From Dehalococcoidia bacterium (GTDB taxonomy: Bacteria; Chloroflexota; Dehalococcoidia; Lucifugimonadales; UBA3495), in NCBI GenBank assembly GCA_965220105.1, contig OZ244811.1:2819136-2883135 (forward strand): DNA of 64,000 bases, read 5' to 3'. The notes under the pieces were generated by a model. That model saw nothing but the letters and a program-made list of their open reading frames with translations, searched no databases and was not told the origin of the DNA. Shown in pieces: positions 25,869-35,499 of the stretch (position 1 is the first letter of the stretch; each line of letters begins with the position of its first letter). Made by a program: the position numbers and the translations under genes.

Positions 25869-26429
25869 CTACGCCGGATCCCCTGCATCGGCGGCGTGGC
25901 GACGGGCCCGCGCCAGGTTGCGACGGCTGGCTTCCGTTGAAGGATGCTCGTCGCCCAGGGTTGCGGATCGGTCGTCCACGTTGCGGGCGTGCAGTTCCTC
26001 TGATTCGGCGTAACGGCCGGCCAGTTGCAAGGCGTTGGCCAGGCTCCCCTGACTTCGCAACGTATCGGGATGCTCATCACCCAGTGCGGCACGCCGGGCC
26101 TCCAGCAGCTCGACGAACCTGCTGATTGCCTGGTCAGTGTTGCCGGCGGCGTAATGGCAATTCGCCAGACTGCTGCCGTAGCGCAGGGTCTCAGGATGAT
26201 GAGCTCCGTGGACCTCCGCGCTGAGTTCGGCGGTTGCGCTAAACCAGCTCAGCGCTTCGTCAAATCGCCGTGCCGCCCGGTAAGCATGGCCCAGACGGTG
26301 CTGCGCTCGCAGCGTCTCGGCGTGGCGGTCGCCGTAAATCCGCCGCGCCTCCGTTCGTGACTCCTCACGGCGACGGATCAATTCCTCGGCGCGGGTGGTC
26401 TCTCCGTCCGGCGGTTGCGGTCGATTCAT
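25869..26429 (-). CDS. Tetratricopeptide repeat protein (TPR_10/12 type)
   Basis: 186-aa ORF with repeated HPETL/HPDTL...LANxxxxAGRxxEA units. Confidence 0.75.
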   Translation of the reverse strand: MNRPQPPDGETTRAEELIRRREESRTEARRIYGDRHAETLRAQHRLGHAYRAARRFDEALSWFSATAELSAEVHGAHHPETLRYGSSLANCHYAAGNTDQAISRFVELLEARRAALGDEHPDTLRSQGSLANALQLAGRYAESEELHARNVDDRSATLGDEHPSTEASRRNLARARRHAADAGDPA

Positions 26430-26435
26430 CCGGTC

Positions 26436-28463
26436 TCAGGGCAACGTCGCCCGCACTTCGCCCATGCGGGAGGTGTCGTAGCCGCCCAGTTCATCCACCG
26501 CGCTGCGGAACTCGGCGTCGGCCAGCAGGGCCAGTAGTGACGTCAGTTGCGAACTCTCCAGGTGTTCCACGGGTATCACCAGGTCGTATTCCTCTTCGAA
26601 CAGGGGCACAAAGTCCAGGCCCAGCGCCCGTGCGGCGGACAGTATGCCGAGGCCAACGTGGGCCGAACCGCCCGCCACCGCCGCCGCCACCGCCAGGTGA
26701 CTGTACTCCTCCCGCTGGTAACCCGACACCGAGTCCGGCGCGATGCCCAACTGCCCCAGGTGATAGTCCAGCAGCACACGGGTTCCGGAGCCGCGCTGTC
26801 GGTTGACGAAGCCAACGTCAGGGCGCGCCAGATCATCCAGCCTGGTGACGCCTAGCGGGTTGCCGCCGGACACCATCAGGCCCTGCGTTCGTCCCACCAG
26901 CCGCACAATCGACACCGGAATCCCGGGCAGGTAACGGCGCACGTCCGTCACGTTGTACTTTCCCGTCGCCGCGTCAAGCAGGTGGCAACCAGCCAGGTGG
27001 GCCTCGCCCCGGCGCAGGGCGGCCAGGCCCCCCAGGCTGCCCACGTGGGATGACGCCAGGTTCACCGCCGGTCGATGCCTGCGGAGATGGCTCTGCATGA
27101 GGTCCAGGGTCAGGTCGTGACTTCCGGTGGCGACGATGGTGTTTTCCACGTCCTCAGCGGGGCGCAGCAATTCGACGTCTACCTCCGCTCCGGCGTCCAG
27201 ACCCTCGGAGAGGCGCGGAATTTTCACGATGCCGTCGGCCCGCACCAGCGACATCACCACGCCGGCGCCGCGCTGCACGGGTGTCGCGGTCATGCGCGCG
27301 CCCACCCGTCCCAGCTTGACCCGCAGAAACTCGTCCTCGCCGATGGGTGACAGCACCTTGCGCGTGATGTGCGCGGCGATGCGGGGACGGGCCGGCGATT
27401 CTGAAGCCAGCATTCTTTCCACGACCGGACGCAGCAGCAGTTCCGACGTCAGCGCCGCCGAAACCGGGTAGCCGGGCAGACCCAGCACGGCCTTGCCCCG
27501 GGCCACACCCAGCGCCACCGGATGCCCGGGTCGGATCGCGATGCCATGCACCTGCAGCGTGCCCAGCGATTCGATGACCGATGCGGTGTAGTCGGCGTCC
27601 CCGGCGGATGACCCGGCGTTGATAACTACCACGTCACACTCGGCAAGGTGTTTCTCCACCGCATTGCGAATCTCGGCGGCGGCGTCCGGGATTGGCGGGG
27701 AAACCCGCGGCGCTCCGCCCCACTGGCGTATCTGGGCAGCCAGAATGAGGGAGTTGAACTCCGGAATGTCTCCCGGGCTGCGGTGAGCCTGAATCGGGAT
27801 CAGCTCGTTGCCGGTGGGGATGATGCCGACGACGGGTCGTCGCCGCACCGGGACGGAGGTAAGACCCGCCGCAGCGCACGCCCCAAGGTCGGCGGGGCCA
27901 ATCCGGTGGTTTTCGGGCAGCACCAGTTCCGTCGCCACGATGTCTTCGCCCAACGGGCGCACGTGCTGCCACGGCGCCACCGGCTCCGAGACCCTGACGG
28001 TGGCATCGCGCGCGTCGTCGTTGGCGGCATCCCGCTGCACGTGCTCGATCATCACCACGGCGTTGGCGCCGGCCGGCATCGCCTCGCCCGTGTTCACCCA
28101 CACGGCCTGCGTCCCCACCGTCAGCTCCACGGGCCTGGTTTCAGTGGCTCCCACGGTATCGGCGGCGCGCACCGCGATTCCATCCATGGCGGCAGCGTCG
28201 TAGTGCGGCGAGGATGCGACGGCCCACACCGGTTCCGCGGTGATGCGCCCAACGATGTCGGCGGCTTCCAGTGGCGCCGGTTCGCCGGGGCGAGGGGACA
28301 CCGCGCCGGCGGCCTCCAGCGCGCCGAACCACCGGCTCACTGCCTCCTCCAGGGGGATATCCTGGAGGAAATAGCGGCGCCGCCGTTCCGGTCCGTGGCC
28401 GTGGACGTGACGAATTTCGTTGCTGTCCCCGGCGCTGTCCCCGGTGTTATCGAGCGTACTCAT
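26436..28463 (-). CDS. Molybdopterin molybdotransferase MoeA fused to a C-terminal periplasmic-binding-protein-like domain
   Basis: 675-aa ORF. MoeA motifs SSPHYDAAAMDGIAV and INAGSSAGDADY are present. The C-terminal ~230 aa are PBP-like (GSHDLTLDL...NRQRGSGTRVLLD). Confidence 0.85.
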   Translation of the reverse strand: MSTLDNTGDSAGDSNEIRHVHGHGPERRRRYFLQDIPLEEAVSRWFGALEAAGAVSPRPGEPAPLEAADIVGRITAEPVWAVASSPHYDAAAMDGIAVRAADTVGATETRPVELTVGTQAVWVNTGEAMPAGANAVVMIEHVQRDAANDDARDATVRVSEPVAPWQHVRPLGEDIVATELVLPENHRIGPADLGACAAAGLTSVPVRRRPVVGIIPTGNELIPIQAHRSPGDIPEFNSLILAAQIRQWGGAPRVSPPIPDAAAEIRNAVEKHLAECDVVVINAGSSAGDADYTASVIESLGTLQVHGIAIRPGHPVALGVARGKAVLGLPGYPVSAALTSELLLRPVVERMLASESPARPRIAAHITRKVLSPIGEDEFLRVKLGRVGARMTATPVQRGAGVVMSLVRADGIVKIPRLSEGLDAGAEVDVELLRPAEDVENTIVATGSHDLTLDLMQSHLRRHRPAVNLASSHVGSLGGLAALRRGEAHLAGCHLLDAATGKYNVTDVRRYLPGIPVSIVRLVGRTQGLMVSGGNPLGVTRLDDLARPDVGFVNRQRGSGTRVLLDYHLGQLGIAPDSVSGYQREEYSHLAVAAAVAGGSAHVGLGILSAARALGLDFVPLFEEEYDLVIPVEHLESSQLTSLLALLADAEFRSAVDELGGYDTSRMGEVRATLP

Positions 28464-28489
28464 CGTGGGCGTCTATGGTGGCTGGTCGT

Positions 28490-29746
28490 TCAGAACCGGC
28501 GCACGATCACCCGCTCGCCGGCGTAGATTCCAGCGTGGTTCGCCGGGACGTGCAGGAAGCCGTCCGCGCGAACTAGGGTGAAAATCAACCCGCTCTTGCC
28601 CCAAACGGGGTGAGCCACCGGCGGATTGTCCGCTTCGTCTGCATCTGGCGGGTTTTCCAGTCTCACCGGCACATAATCCTCGCGACCCGGCGCCGATGGC
28701 ACGTCCTGGGCCAGGATGGCCGCAGTCTCCGTCCTTGCCGGAGGGGTCATGCAACCGGCCAATCGATACACGGCGGGCCTCACCAGCAAGTCGCATACGA
28801 CCATGGCCGACACCGGATTACCGGGGAGCCCGATGACGGGTTTGCCACCGCAAAGCCCCACGATAGCCGGCTTCCCCGGTCGCAGGGATAGACCATGCAC
28901 GAGGATACCCGGCTCGCCCAGCGCCGACACGATGTCAGCCGTCCGGTCACGCAGGCTAACCGAACTGCCGGCCGACAGCACCAGCAGGTCAGCCTGTTCC
29001 AGACCACACCGTGCGGCGGTCAATTGCCTCTCGAAATCGTCATCCAGCAGGCCCATCAGGACGGGCGCGCCGCCGGCGTCGGCAACCTGCGACGCCACGG
29101 TATAGGAGTTGATGTCCCGCACCTGCCCCGGGCCGGGAGCGGACTCCGGAGCCACTATCTCGTCGCCCATGGAAAGTATGGACACCCTGGGACGCTTGCT
29201 CACGCAAACGCTGGTTATCCCCAGGGCCGCCAACGCGCCGATGTCCTGGGGTCGCATCACGTGTCCCGACGGCAACACCGGGTCGCCAGCGGAGATATCC
29301 TCGCCGGGTTGCACCACGTTTTCGCCGGGCGCCACCGGACGCATCACCTCGATGGTTTCCCGGTCGATTTGCTGGGTCTGCTCCACCATAACCACGGCGT
29401 CGGCGTTGGCGGCCAGCATGCCGCCCGTGTAGGCCACGGCAGCCTGGCCCACTCCCAGCGATACCTGCGTTGCAACGCCCATGGGAACCTCGCCCACCAC
29501 TGTGAACCAGGCGGGCAGGCCGTCCGTTGCGCCGTAGGTGTCCGCCGCGCGCACGCTGTAACCGTCCATGGTCGACCGCGGGAACGGCGGCAGAGTCTCG
29601 GGCGCGGTTATGGCCTCGAAGGTGATGCGACCGGTGGCATCCCATGCTGGGATTGTTTCGGTTCCAACCGGCACACCCGCCGGCAACCGGTCCATCAGCA
29701 GGGCCAGGGCCTGGGCAGGAGGCAGCACATTGAAGAACTCAGGCAT
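28490..29746 (-). CDS. moeA: Molybdopterin molybdotransferase
   Basis: ATG at 29746 (MPEFFNVLPPAQALALL...) with FPRSTMDGYSV and LSAGSSVSLRD motifs. The first 50 aa of ORF 28490..29896 are translated repeat element and are rejected. Confidence 0.85.
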   Translation of the reverse strand: MPEFFNVLPPAQALALLMDRLPAGVPVGTETIPAWDATGRITFEAITAPETLPPFPRSTMDGYSVRAADTYGATDGLPAWFTVVGEVPMGVATQVSLGVGQAAVAYTGGMLAANADAVVMVEQTQQIDRETIEVMRPVAPGENVVQPGEDISAGDPVLPSGHVMRPQDIGALAALGITSVCVSKRPRVSILSMGDEIVAPESAPGPGQVRDINSYTVASQVADAGGAPVLMGLLDDDFERQLTAARCGLEQADLLVLSAGSSVSLRDRTADIVSALGEPGILVHGLSLRPGKPAIVGLCGGKPVIGLPGNPVSAMVVCDLLVRPAVYRLAGCMTPPARTETAAILAQDVPSAPGREDYVPVRLENPPDADEADNPPVAHPVWGKSGLIFTLVRADGFLHVPANHAGIYAGERVIVRRF

Positions 29747-29793
29747 CGTACCCGCGATGCTACCCACCCGTAGCCACCGTGTCAAAACCCTCT

Positions 29794-29886
29794 GTCGTTG
29801 CGAGCGCAGCGTGGCAATCTCGTTGGCGTTCTTCGACAGGTTCAGGATGAACGGGATTGCCACGTCGCTTTGCTTCTCGCAATGAC
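29794..29886. repeat. Repeat family A copy (short variant with LSLSK-type loop module)
   Basis: gtcgttgcgagcgcagcgtggcaatctcg...cttcgacaggttcaggatgaacgggattgccacgtcgctttgcttctcgcaatgac. Confidence 0.8.
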
Positions 29887-29911
29887 AGTGCAGCAAGGGT
29901 AACGCCTCCCG

Positions 29912-29941
29912 TTGCCGCCCGGCGCTGCTCCCTGCTACAAT
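29912..29941 (+). promoter_or_regulatory. Possible sigma-70-type promoter (TTGCCG-18-TACAAT)
   Basis: Hexamers at 29912-29917 and 29936-29941, about 68 nt upstream of ATG 30009, which is preceded by AAGGAG. Confidence 0.3.
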
Positions 29942-30008
29942 CCGGCGCGTACGGCTCCAACTGGTTCATCCCCGCCGTGCGCGACTCGATTGCAAGGAGT
30001 TGGCCGCT

Positions 30009-30920
30009 ATGAGCTGGCGATTCAGCCTCATCAACCGGTTTGAAGACCCGCCCGGAGGTATCACGGAAGGACCCGCGTGGAACGGCGAATTGGTGCTGTT
30101 CACCCACATCCACGCCAGCCGCATTTACGGCTACAACCCCAAGTCGGGCGAATTCTCCGTTTATCGCGAGAATACCAACTTCACCAACGGCCTGGCTTTC
30201 GACGCCCAGGGCCGTCTCTTCGGCTGCGCCCAGAACGGGCGCGCCATCGTCCGTTTTGACCCGGACGGTACCACGACTACGGTGGCGGACAACCTGGACG
30301 GCGTCCCCCTGAACACCCCCAACGACCTGGCCATCGACATTCGCGGGCGCATCTGGTTCACCAACCCCTGGAACGCGGGCAACGTCGATGCCAACGCCGT
30401 GGAGGAGCTGGACCACCGCTCCGTGCTGTGCGCCGTGCCCCAGGCCGACGGCTCCTACAGAACCGTCCGCTCCACCACCGACACCACCATGCCCAACGGT
30501 ATCCTGGTGTCCCCTGATGGCAACACCCTCTACGTTGCCGAGAGTAACAGCGACCGAATCGACATCGACCGGGAGCTGCGGGCCTACCCCATCAACGGGG
30601 ACGGAACCGTCGGGCCCTACCAGACCCTGCACACCTTCGGTCGCGATGCCAACCAGGTGCATCGAGGCATCGACGGCATGTGTCTGGACGCCGACGGCAA
30701 CATAATCGCCACCGCTGGCTGGCCGACGGCGGGCCCGGGCCCGATGCTCTATGTCTTCTCCCCAACCGGTCGGGTGCTGGAGACCCATCCCGTTGCCGCC
30801 ACCCGTCCAACCAACGTGTGTTTCGGCGGCCCCGACCTTACCGACGTATTCGTCACGTCCACCGACGGCCATTTCTTCCACGCCAGGACGGACCGGGTAG
30901 GCTGGGCGGTCTATCCCTAG
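30009..30920 (+). CDS. SMP-30/gluconolactonase/LRE family protein
   Basis: ITEGPAWNGE..., TNGLAFDAQGRLF, PNDLAIDIRGRIWFTNP and PNGILVSPDGNTLYVAES are beta-propeller repeats. The ATG at 30009 is better spaced from AAGGAG than the TTG at 30000. Confidence 0.85.
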   Translation: MSWRFSLINRFEDPPGGITEGPAWNGELVLFTHIHASRIYGYNPKSGEFSVYRENTNFTNGLAFDAQGRLFGCAQNGRAIVRFDPDGTTTTVADNLDGVPLNTPNDLAIDIRGRIWFTNPWNAGNVDANAVEELDHRSVLCAVPQADGSYRTVRSTTDTTMPNGILVSPDGNTLYVAESNSDRIDIDRELRAYPINGDGTVGPYQTLHTFGRDANQVHRGIDGMCLDADGNIIATAGWPTAGPGPMLYVFSPTGRVLETHPVAATRPTNVCFGGPDLTDVFVTSTDGHFFHARTDRVGWAVYP

Positions 30921-30952
30921 CCTCGCACGCTACCGCCGCCAGGGGGAGTCTG

Positions 30953-31309
30953 ATGCAGCAACGCAGGTTGAGCAGTTACGGTATCGGTCGCGACCAGCTC
31001 CGGCAGGGAGGCGGTCGCGGCAACGGCAACGACCACTTTGATGAGCTGGTGGGCAGCACTGAATTTCACGTGTATCAGACTCCGGGTCGACGGGTGAAGG
31101 GCTTCGACAGCATGAAACTGTACGCCGAAGCGGAGGGGTGCGAGTTGCTCTACACCGCCGATGCGCCCCCCGAATTGTCCGACCACGAGACGCTGCGTAT
31201 CACCCACCGCCGCGCCGCGCCCATACCGGACACAGTCCTCAAGCGTGCCCACTCCTGGGCTCATCGCAACAACTTCCTGCACAGCTTCTTCAAACCCCTC
31301 TACCGCTGA
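30953..31309 (+). CDS. Hypothetical protein
   Basis: ATG at 30953 inside ORF 30680..31309. The sequence downstream of it looks protein-like (FHVYQTPGRRVKGFDSMKLYAEAEGCELLYTADAPPELSDHETLRI). No family recognised. Confidence 0.3.
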   Translation: MQQRRLSSYGIGRDQLRQGGGRGNGNDHFDELVGSTEFHVYQTPGRRVKGFDSMKLYAEAEGCELLYTADAPPELSDHETLRITHRRAAPIPDTVLKRAHSWAHRNNFLHSFFKPLYR

Positions 31310-31446
31310 TAATCCCCTCCCCCATCAAGGGAGAGGGTTGGAATGAGGGTGAAATCCGTCAGAAGCGGGATTTAGTTGATGATCCCCTCTCCCTCGATGG
31401 GAGAGGGTTGGGGTGAGGGTGAAATCCATCGGATGCGGGATTTACC
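31310..31446. repeat. Two adjacent family B hairpin repeats with an extra AAATCC-loop-GGGATTT hairpin
   Basis: Two units of about 70 bp: ccctcccccatcaagggagagggttggaatgagggtgaaatccgtcagaagcgggattt and ccctctccctcgatgggagagggttggggtgagggtgaaatccatcggatgcgggattt. Confidence 0.85.
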
Positions 31447-31487
31447 GGTATCATTTTCTCACCCCGATAATCTCCCAATCCCGATTC

Positions 31488-32864
31488 ATGCCAGCGTTCC
31501 CCAACCGACGGGACAGGATCGGTGCGCGGTTGAGAAAGTATGAACCGGCTGAAATCGCCCCCACCATGGCGGAGCGGTCTATCCGTCGCCGTATCCGCAG
31601 GCACGGGCCGATCACCTTCTCTGAATACATGACCCGCGCTCTGTATGCGGCGGGCGGGTACTACACCCGACCCGACCGGAGCCCGCTGGCCGACTACTAC
31701 ACCAGCCCCCAGGTTCATCCGGCGTTTGGCGCTTTGCTGGCGGTTGAGCTATACCACTGCTGGAACCTGCTGGACCGGCCAGCCCCGTTCGTGGTTGTGG
31801 AACCCGGCGCTGGCGACGGCCTCCTCGCCCACGACATTTTGACTGCGGCAACGTACCTGCCCGACGGCTTCGCACCAGCCATCCGGTACATCGCCGTCGA
31901 CCGGCAAGCTGCGTCCGGTTGGGAAGCTGGATTCGCCAACGGGTTCCGGTGTGTCGGAGACGCCTTGCGCCTGCCCATGAGCGGCGCCGTAGGCTGCGTA
32001 GTATCCAACGAGCTGCTGGACGCCCTGGCCGTCCATCGGGTTCGCATGGAGCCAGATGGCCTCCGCGAGCTGTACGTCGACGTCACCCCCGATGTTGCCG
32101 ATGGGTACGAGGGGGTCCTGATTGAACGTCCTGGTGAGCCCTCAACGCCGGCTCTCGCCCAGCGTTTGGCCGATACCGGAGTCCATCTGCAACCCGGGCA
32201 GACGACGGAAATCTGCCTGCTCCTTGACGATTGGGCGGAATCGGCAGCGGCGGCGTTGACCCAGGGCTTCGTCATTACCATCGACTTTGGCAGGGCTGCC
32301 GTTGACCTGTACGACCCGGCGCAGCGACCCGATGGCACGCTGGTCACCTACCGGGGCCACGTGCAAACCGATTCGCCGCTGGTGGACGCCGGCCGCCAGG
32401 ACATCACCGCCCAGGTTGATTTCACCTCGCTGCAACGGGCCGGCGAGCGCGCTGGCCTGAACACGGTTGGCAACGTGCCGCAGGGCTGGTTGCTGCAACG
32501 TTTAGGCCTCCAGACTCTGCGCCGCAACGGCCCGCCGTCGGGTGGACTTGACGGCGGTTGGCAGAGTTTGCCGGGCGGCTCCGACGGCTCTCTGCCCGAC
32601 GAATTGCCGGCGGAACTCGACGCCGCTCCCGATCAGGGACGGGCCTGGCTCACCGCACTAACTCATCTGCTGCGCCCGGGAGGGTTAGGTGATTTCCGCG
32701 TGCTCGTGCAGGCCAGGGGCGTCCCTGCCGACACGGCAGTCCGGGCGTTGGGATGGCTGGACGACAACGACACCTATACCGTCTATACCCCGGCATCCCT
32801 GGCGGCCAGGATTCCGCCGGATGCGCTGCGGTTGGGTGACGGGCGTTTGCCGTTGCTGACATGA
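31488..32864 (+). CDS. SAM-dependent methyltransferase, MidA/NDUFAF7 (DUF185) family
   Basis: GPITFSEYMTRALYAAGGYYT...FVVVEPGAGDGLLAHDIL. The start could be ATG 31488 or ATG 31566 (MAERSIRRRIRRHGPITF). Confidence 0.8.
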   Translation: MPAFPNRRDRIGARLRKYEPAEIAPTMAERSIRRRIRRHGPITFSEYMTRALYAAGGYYTRPDRSPLADYYTSPQVHPAFGALLAVELYHCWNLLDRPAPFVVVEPGAGDGLLAHDILTAATYLPDGFAPAIRYIAVDRQAASGWEAGFANGFRCVGDALRLPMSGAVGCVVSNELLDALAVHRVRMEPDGLRELYVDVTPDVADGYEGVLIERPGEPSTPALAQRLADTGVHLQPGQTTEICLLLDDWAESAAAALTQGFVITIDFGRAAVDLYDPAQRPDGTLVTYRGHVQTDSPLVDAGRQDITAQVDFTSLQRAGERAGLNTVGNVPQGWLLQRLGLQTLRRNGPPSGGLDGGWQSLPGGSDGSLPDELPAELDAAPDQGRAWLTALTHLLRPGGLGDFRVLVQARGVPADTAVRALGWLDDNDTYTVYTPASLAARIPPDALRLGDGRLPLLT

Positions 32865-32958
32865 CCCGGTGCTATAATCGGCCCGGCGCGGCGAATCATC
32901 AGCGCACCCTTGCTGATAACCCGAACCCCGCGCCCAATATTGACCTGGTGACGATGCC

Positions 32959-34227
32959 ATGCCCGGCCCGCTAGACGGCATAAACGTCGTCGAGTTTTCC
33001 ACCATGATTGCCACGCCCACGGCAGGCATGATGCTGGCCGATATGGGGGCGAACGTGGTCAAGGTGGAGCCGCCCTGGGGCGACCTGTGGCGTTACACCC
33101 AGACCGTGCTCCCCACCGAGGGCCGGCCATTCATGGCCTACAACCGGGGCAAGCGCTCCATCACCCTGAACCTGACCAGCGCGGAGAGCGGCGACGTGGT
33201 GCGACGCCTCACCGAGCAGGCTGACGTCGTGCTGGCCAACAATCGCCCCGACGTGGCCGCCCGTCTGGGCATCGATTATGAAACGTTGGCGGCGATCAAC
33301 CCGTCCATTATCTATTGCGAGGGTTCCGCCTTCGGCTATAACGGCCCCGATTCCTACCGGCCCGGCTACGATATCATCATCCAGGGCATGTCGGGCATCG
33401 CCACCAGCGAGGGCAAGTTGCAACGGGGCGTCCCCGTCCACATCGTTTCCAGCCCGCTGGTCGATTCCGCCTGCGGGTTGGCCCAGGCGTGGGCGGTGTG
33501 CGGCGCCCTGTTTGCCCGGGAACGCAACGGCGGCAAGGGTCAGAAGCTGGAAGCGTCCCTGCTGGGTACGGCTCTGATGATGCTGGGGATGCGTTTCGTT
33601 CGCATCGACGAACTGGACCTGGAACCCCACGCCCAGGTACTCAAATCGCTGGAAGCCATGAGGGCGGCCGGCACGCCCTACCCGGAAATCCTGGAGACCT
33701 ACGAGGCCCAGCACTTCCAGACGCCCGGCAATATCTACTACCGGTTCTACCAAACCGCCAACGGCGTGATGGTCGTAGGGTGTTTGAACGCTGGCCTTCG
33801 CAAACGCCTGCTGGATGTCATCGGCCTGCACGACATCCGGTTTGACGAAGGCTATGACCAGTATTCCCAAGAGGCGGCGGACTTCGGGGCGCAGCTCATG
33901 TCGGACGCCGAGGCAATCTTTTCGAACAAAACCACCGAAGAGTGGCTGACGTTGCTGGACGCCGCCGGTGTTCCCGCGGGACCGGTGCGTTTCGTCGAAG
34001 AGCTCTTCGACCATCCCCAGGTGCTCCAGAACAACATGGTGGCTGACGTGCAGCACCGGGATCTGGGCACCGTGCGTATGGCCGGCCCCCTGGTGACCTT
34101 CTCGGATACTCCGTTGCGGGCGGGGCCGCTGCCCGCATTGGGCGAGCACACGGATGAAGTGCTGAGCGAGCTGGGTTTTCAGAACGGCGACATCAAGCGC
34201 CTGAGGCAAAGCGGTACGGTGGTGTGA
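32959..34227 (+). CDS. CoA transferase, family III (CaiB/BaiF)
   Basis: 422-aa ORF. LDGINVVEFSTMIATPTAGMMLADMGANVVKVEPP is the canonical N-terminus. Confidence 0.9.
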   Translation: MPGPLDGINVVEFSTMIATPTAGMMLADMGANVVKVEPPWGDLWRYTQTVLPTEGRPFMAYNRGKRSITLNLTSAESGDVVRRLTEQADVVLANNRPDVAARLGIDYETLAAINPSIIYCEGSAFGYNGPDSYRPGYDIIIQGMSGIATSEGKLQRGVPVHIVSSPLVDSACGLAQAWAVCGALFARERNGGKGQKLEASLLGTALMMLGMRFVRIDELDLEPHAQVLKSLEAMRAAGTPYPEILETYEAQHFQTPGNIYYRFYQTANGVMVVGCLNAGLRKRLLDVIGLHDIRFDEGYDQYSQEAADFGAQLMSDAEAIFSNKTTEEWLTLLDAAGVPAGPVRFVEELFDHPQVLQNNMVADVQHRDLGTVRMAGPLVTFSDTPLRAGPLPALGEHTDEVLSELGFQNGDIKRLRQSGTVV

Positions 34228-34249
34228 CCGCGCCGGCCCGGCGTCGGCG

Positions 34250-34864
34250 CTAAGGAACCACCCCAACGAGAATCAGCGGCACCGACGGAACGCCGCGCCC
34301 CTGACGAATCACGTTCAGCAGGTCTCTCTCGTAGTAAGGCACTCCGGACGACATTTCCTGTTCCATTCGTTTCATCGGCAGAATCTCTACGCCAACGTCG
34401 ATGATGTCCCCCACGTAGAAGCTCAGATGCTTCACGAACAGATCGTGGGCAACGAAAGCGTATTTTCCGAACTGTACCTCCACGGCGACGCGGTTTTTGA
34501 CGAAGTCGGTTTGGTTGTACGACGAGTAAGGTTCGCGGCCAGCTTCTTGGATAATGCGTTTTTGTTCCATTTCTGACCGAGTATAAACATCGCGTAGCAA
34601 CGTCTCGTCATCGGTTACCCAGAAATTTTGCCGCCGTTCGCTCCAACCCCTGCTCTGAAACTCCGCTCTGAAGGCGCGGTTCATGTCGGTCGGAGAAAGC
34701 AACAGCCTGCCTGCCATACGTTTTTCTTTGGAGACTTTGGTCCGGCACGAGTCGGCATCCACGGACTCAATGGCTGCCTGCATTTCCTCCCACAGTTCCG
34801 GGTGATGCACCAACAAGTATTCGTGCCCGTTCAAATGGGAGTATTGGGCGGCGATTTGCATCAA
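34250..34864 (-). CDS. Type II restriction endonuclease, BglII family
   Basis: 204-aa ORF. NQTDFVKNRVAVEVQFGKYAF parallels BglII TDIDFGKRDTLVEVQFSNYPF, keeping the D-x8-E-x-Q active-site spacing. PELWEEM, LLLSPTDMN and VPLILVGV blocks also parallel BglII. The start overlaps the methylase stop (ATGA). Confidence 0.8.
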   Translation of the reverse strand: MMQIAAQYSHLNGHEYLLVHHPELWEEMQAAIESVDADSCRTKVSKEKRMAGRLLLSPTDMNRAFRAEFQSRGWSERRQNFWVTDDETLLRDVYTRSEMEQKRIIQEAGREPYSSYNQTDFVKNRVAVEVQFGKYAFVAHDLFVKHLSFYVGDIIDVGVEILPMKRMEQEMSSGVPYYERDLLNVIRQGRGVPSVPLILVGVVP

Positions 34865-35499
34865 TGGCCTCCCCGAGGCTTGCCTGGATCGTAAATTGGC
34901 TTGCCCATAGGACGAGTACGCAAGTGGCCGTCCCGCAATTGTTCGATGCGCTCTCGGGCGATTTCGACGTACTCCTCGACGATGTCACACCCATAGCCAA
35001 CGCGACCATGCTTCATTGCGGCGATTACGGATGAACCGACCCCCATGTAGGGGTCAAGAACTAGGTCTCCGAGATCGGTCATCGACAGCACCAGACGCTC
35101 AACCAATTCCACCGGGAATTGGCAAGGGTGCGCGGTTTTTTCCGGGTGATTGTTCTTGACATTTGGAAACTCCCAAACGTCGGTCGGATTCTTGCCTTTG
35201 GGATTGCCGGAGAGTTTTCCTTTATTCGGTCCTTTGAAGTGCCGCTTGCCCGGATACTTCGATGGCACCCGTATCGTGTCCAGATGCCAGGTGTATTCGT
35301 CCCCCTTGGTCCACCAATTGATTGTTTCGTACCTGCCAGACAATCGCCTGGTGCAATGCAAGCCATGCCCGAACCGCCAGATGATCCGGTTCCGTAAACG
35401 CAGGCCAAGGCGTTTGAACAGCGGATAGACTATGGCATCCAGCGGCACCACTTCGCCATCTTCCACGTAGTTGCCTACTTGCCAACACAACGATCCAAG
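34861..35499 (-). pseudogene. DNA methyltransferase (beta class, SPPY type), C-terminal fragment, disrupted by IS
   Basis: In-frame from 35499: LGSLCWQVGNYVEDGE...HPCQFPVELVERLVLSMTDLGDLVLDPYMGVGSS (motif I region). Joins 36959..37233 in frame once the IS and one CCAAG copy are removed. Confidence 0.85.

Noticed and set aside
28490-29896. N-terminal extensions in the ORF track (moeA 29896, cmk 56875, MFS 8966, methylase 13510, asd 52105, NYN 54336, ABC ATPase 60376, permease 59348, plsC 56142, MidA 31413)
   Set aside because: The extensions overlap upstream genes or translate repeat elements (for example CHCEKQSDVAIPF, SLRGAPAH). Internal starts with SD sequences, or starts that match the family N-termini, fit better.
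29747-29999. Moco riboswitch upstream of moeA
   Set aside because: Most of the leader is occupied by a family A repeat copy, and I could not match the conserved Moco-motif core. Not excluded without a covariance-model search.
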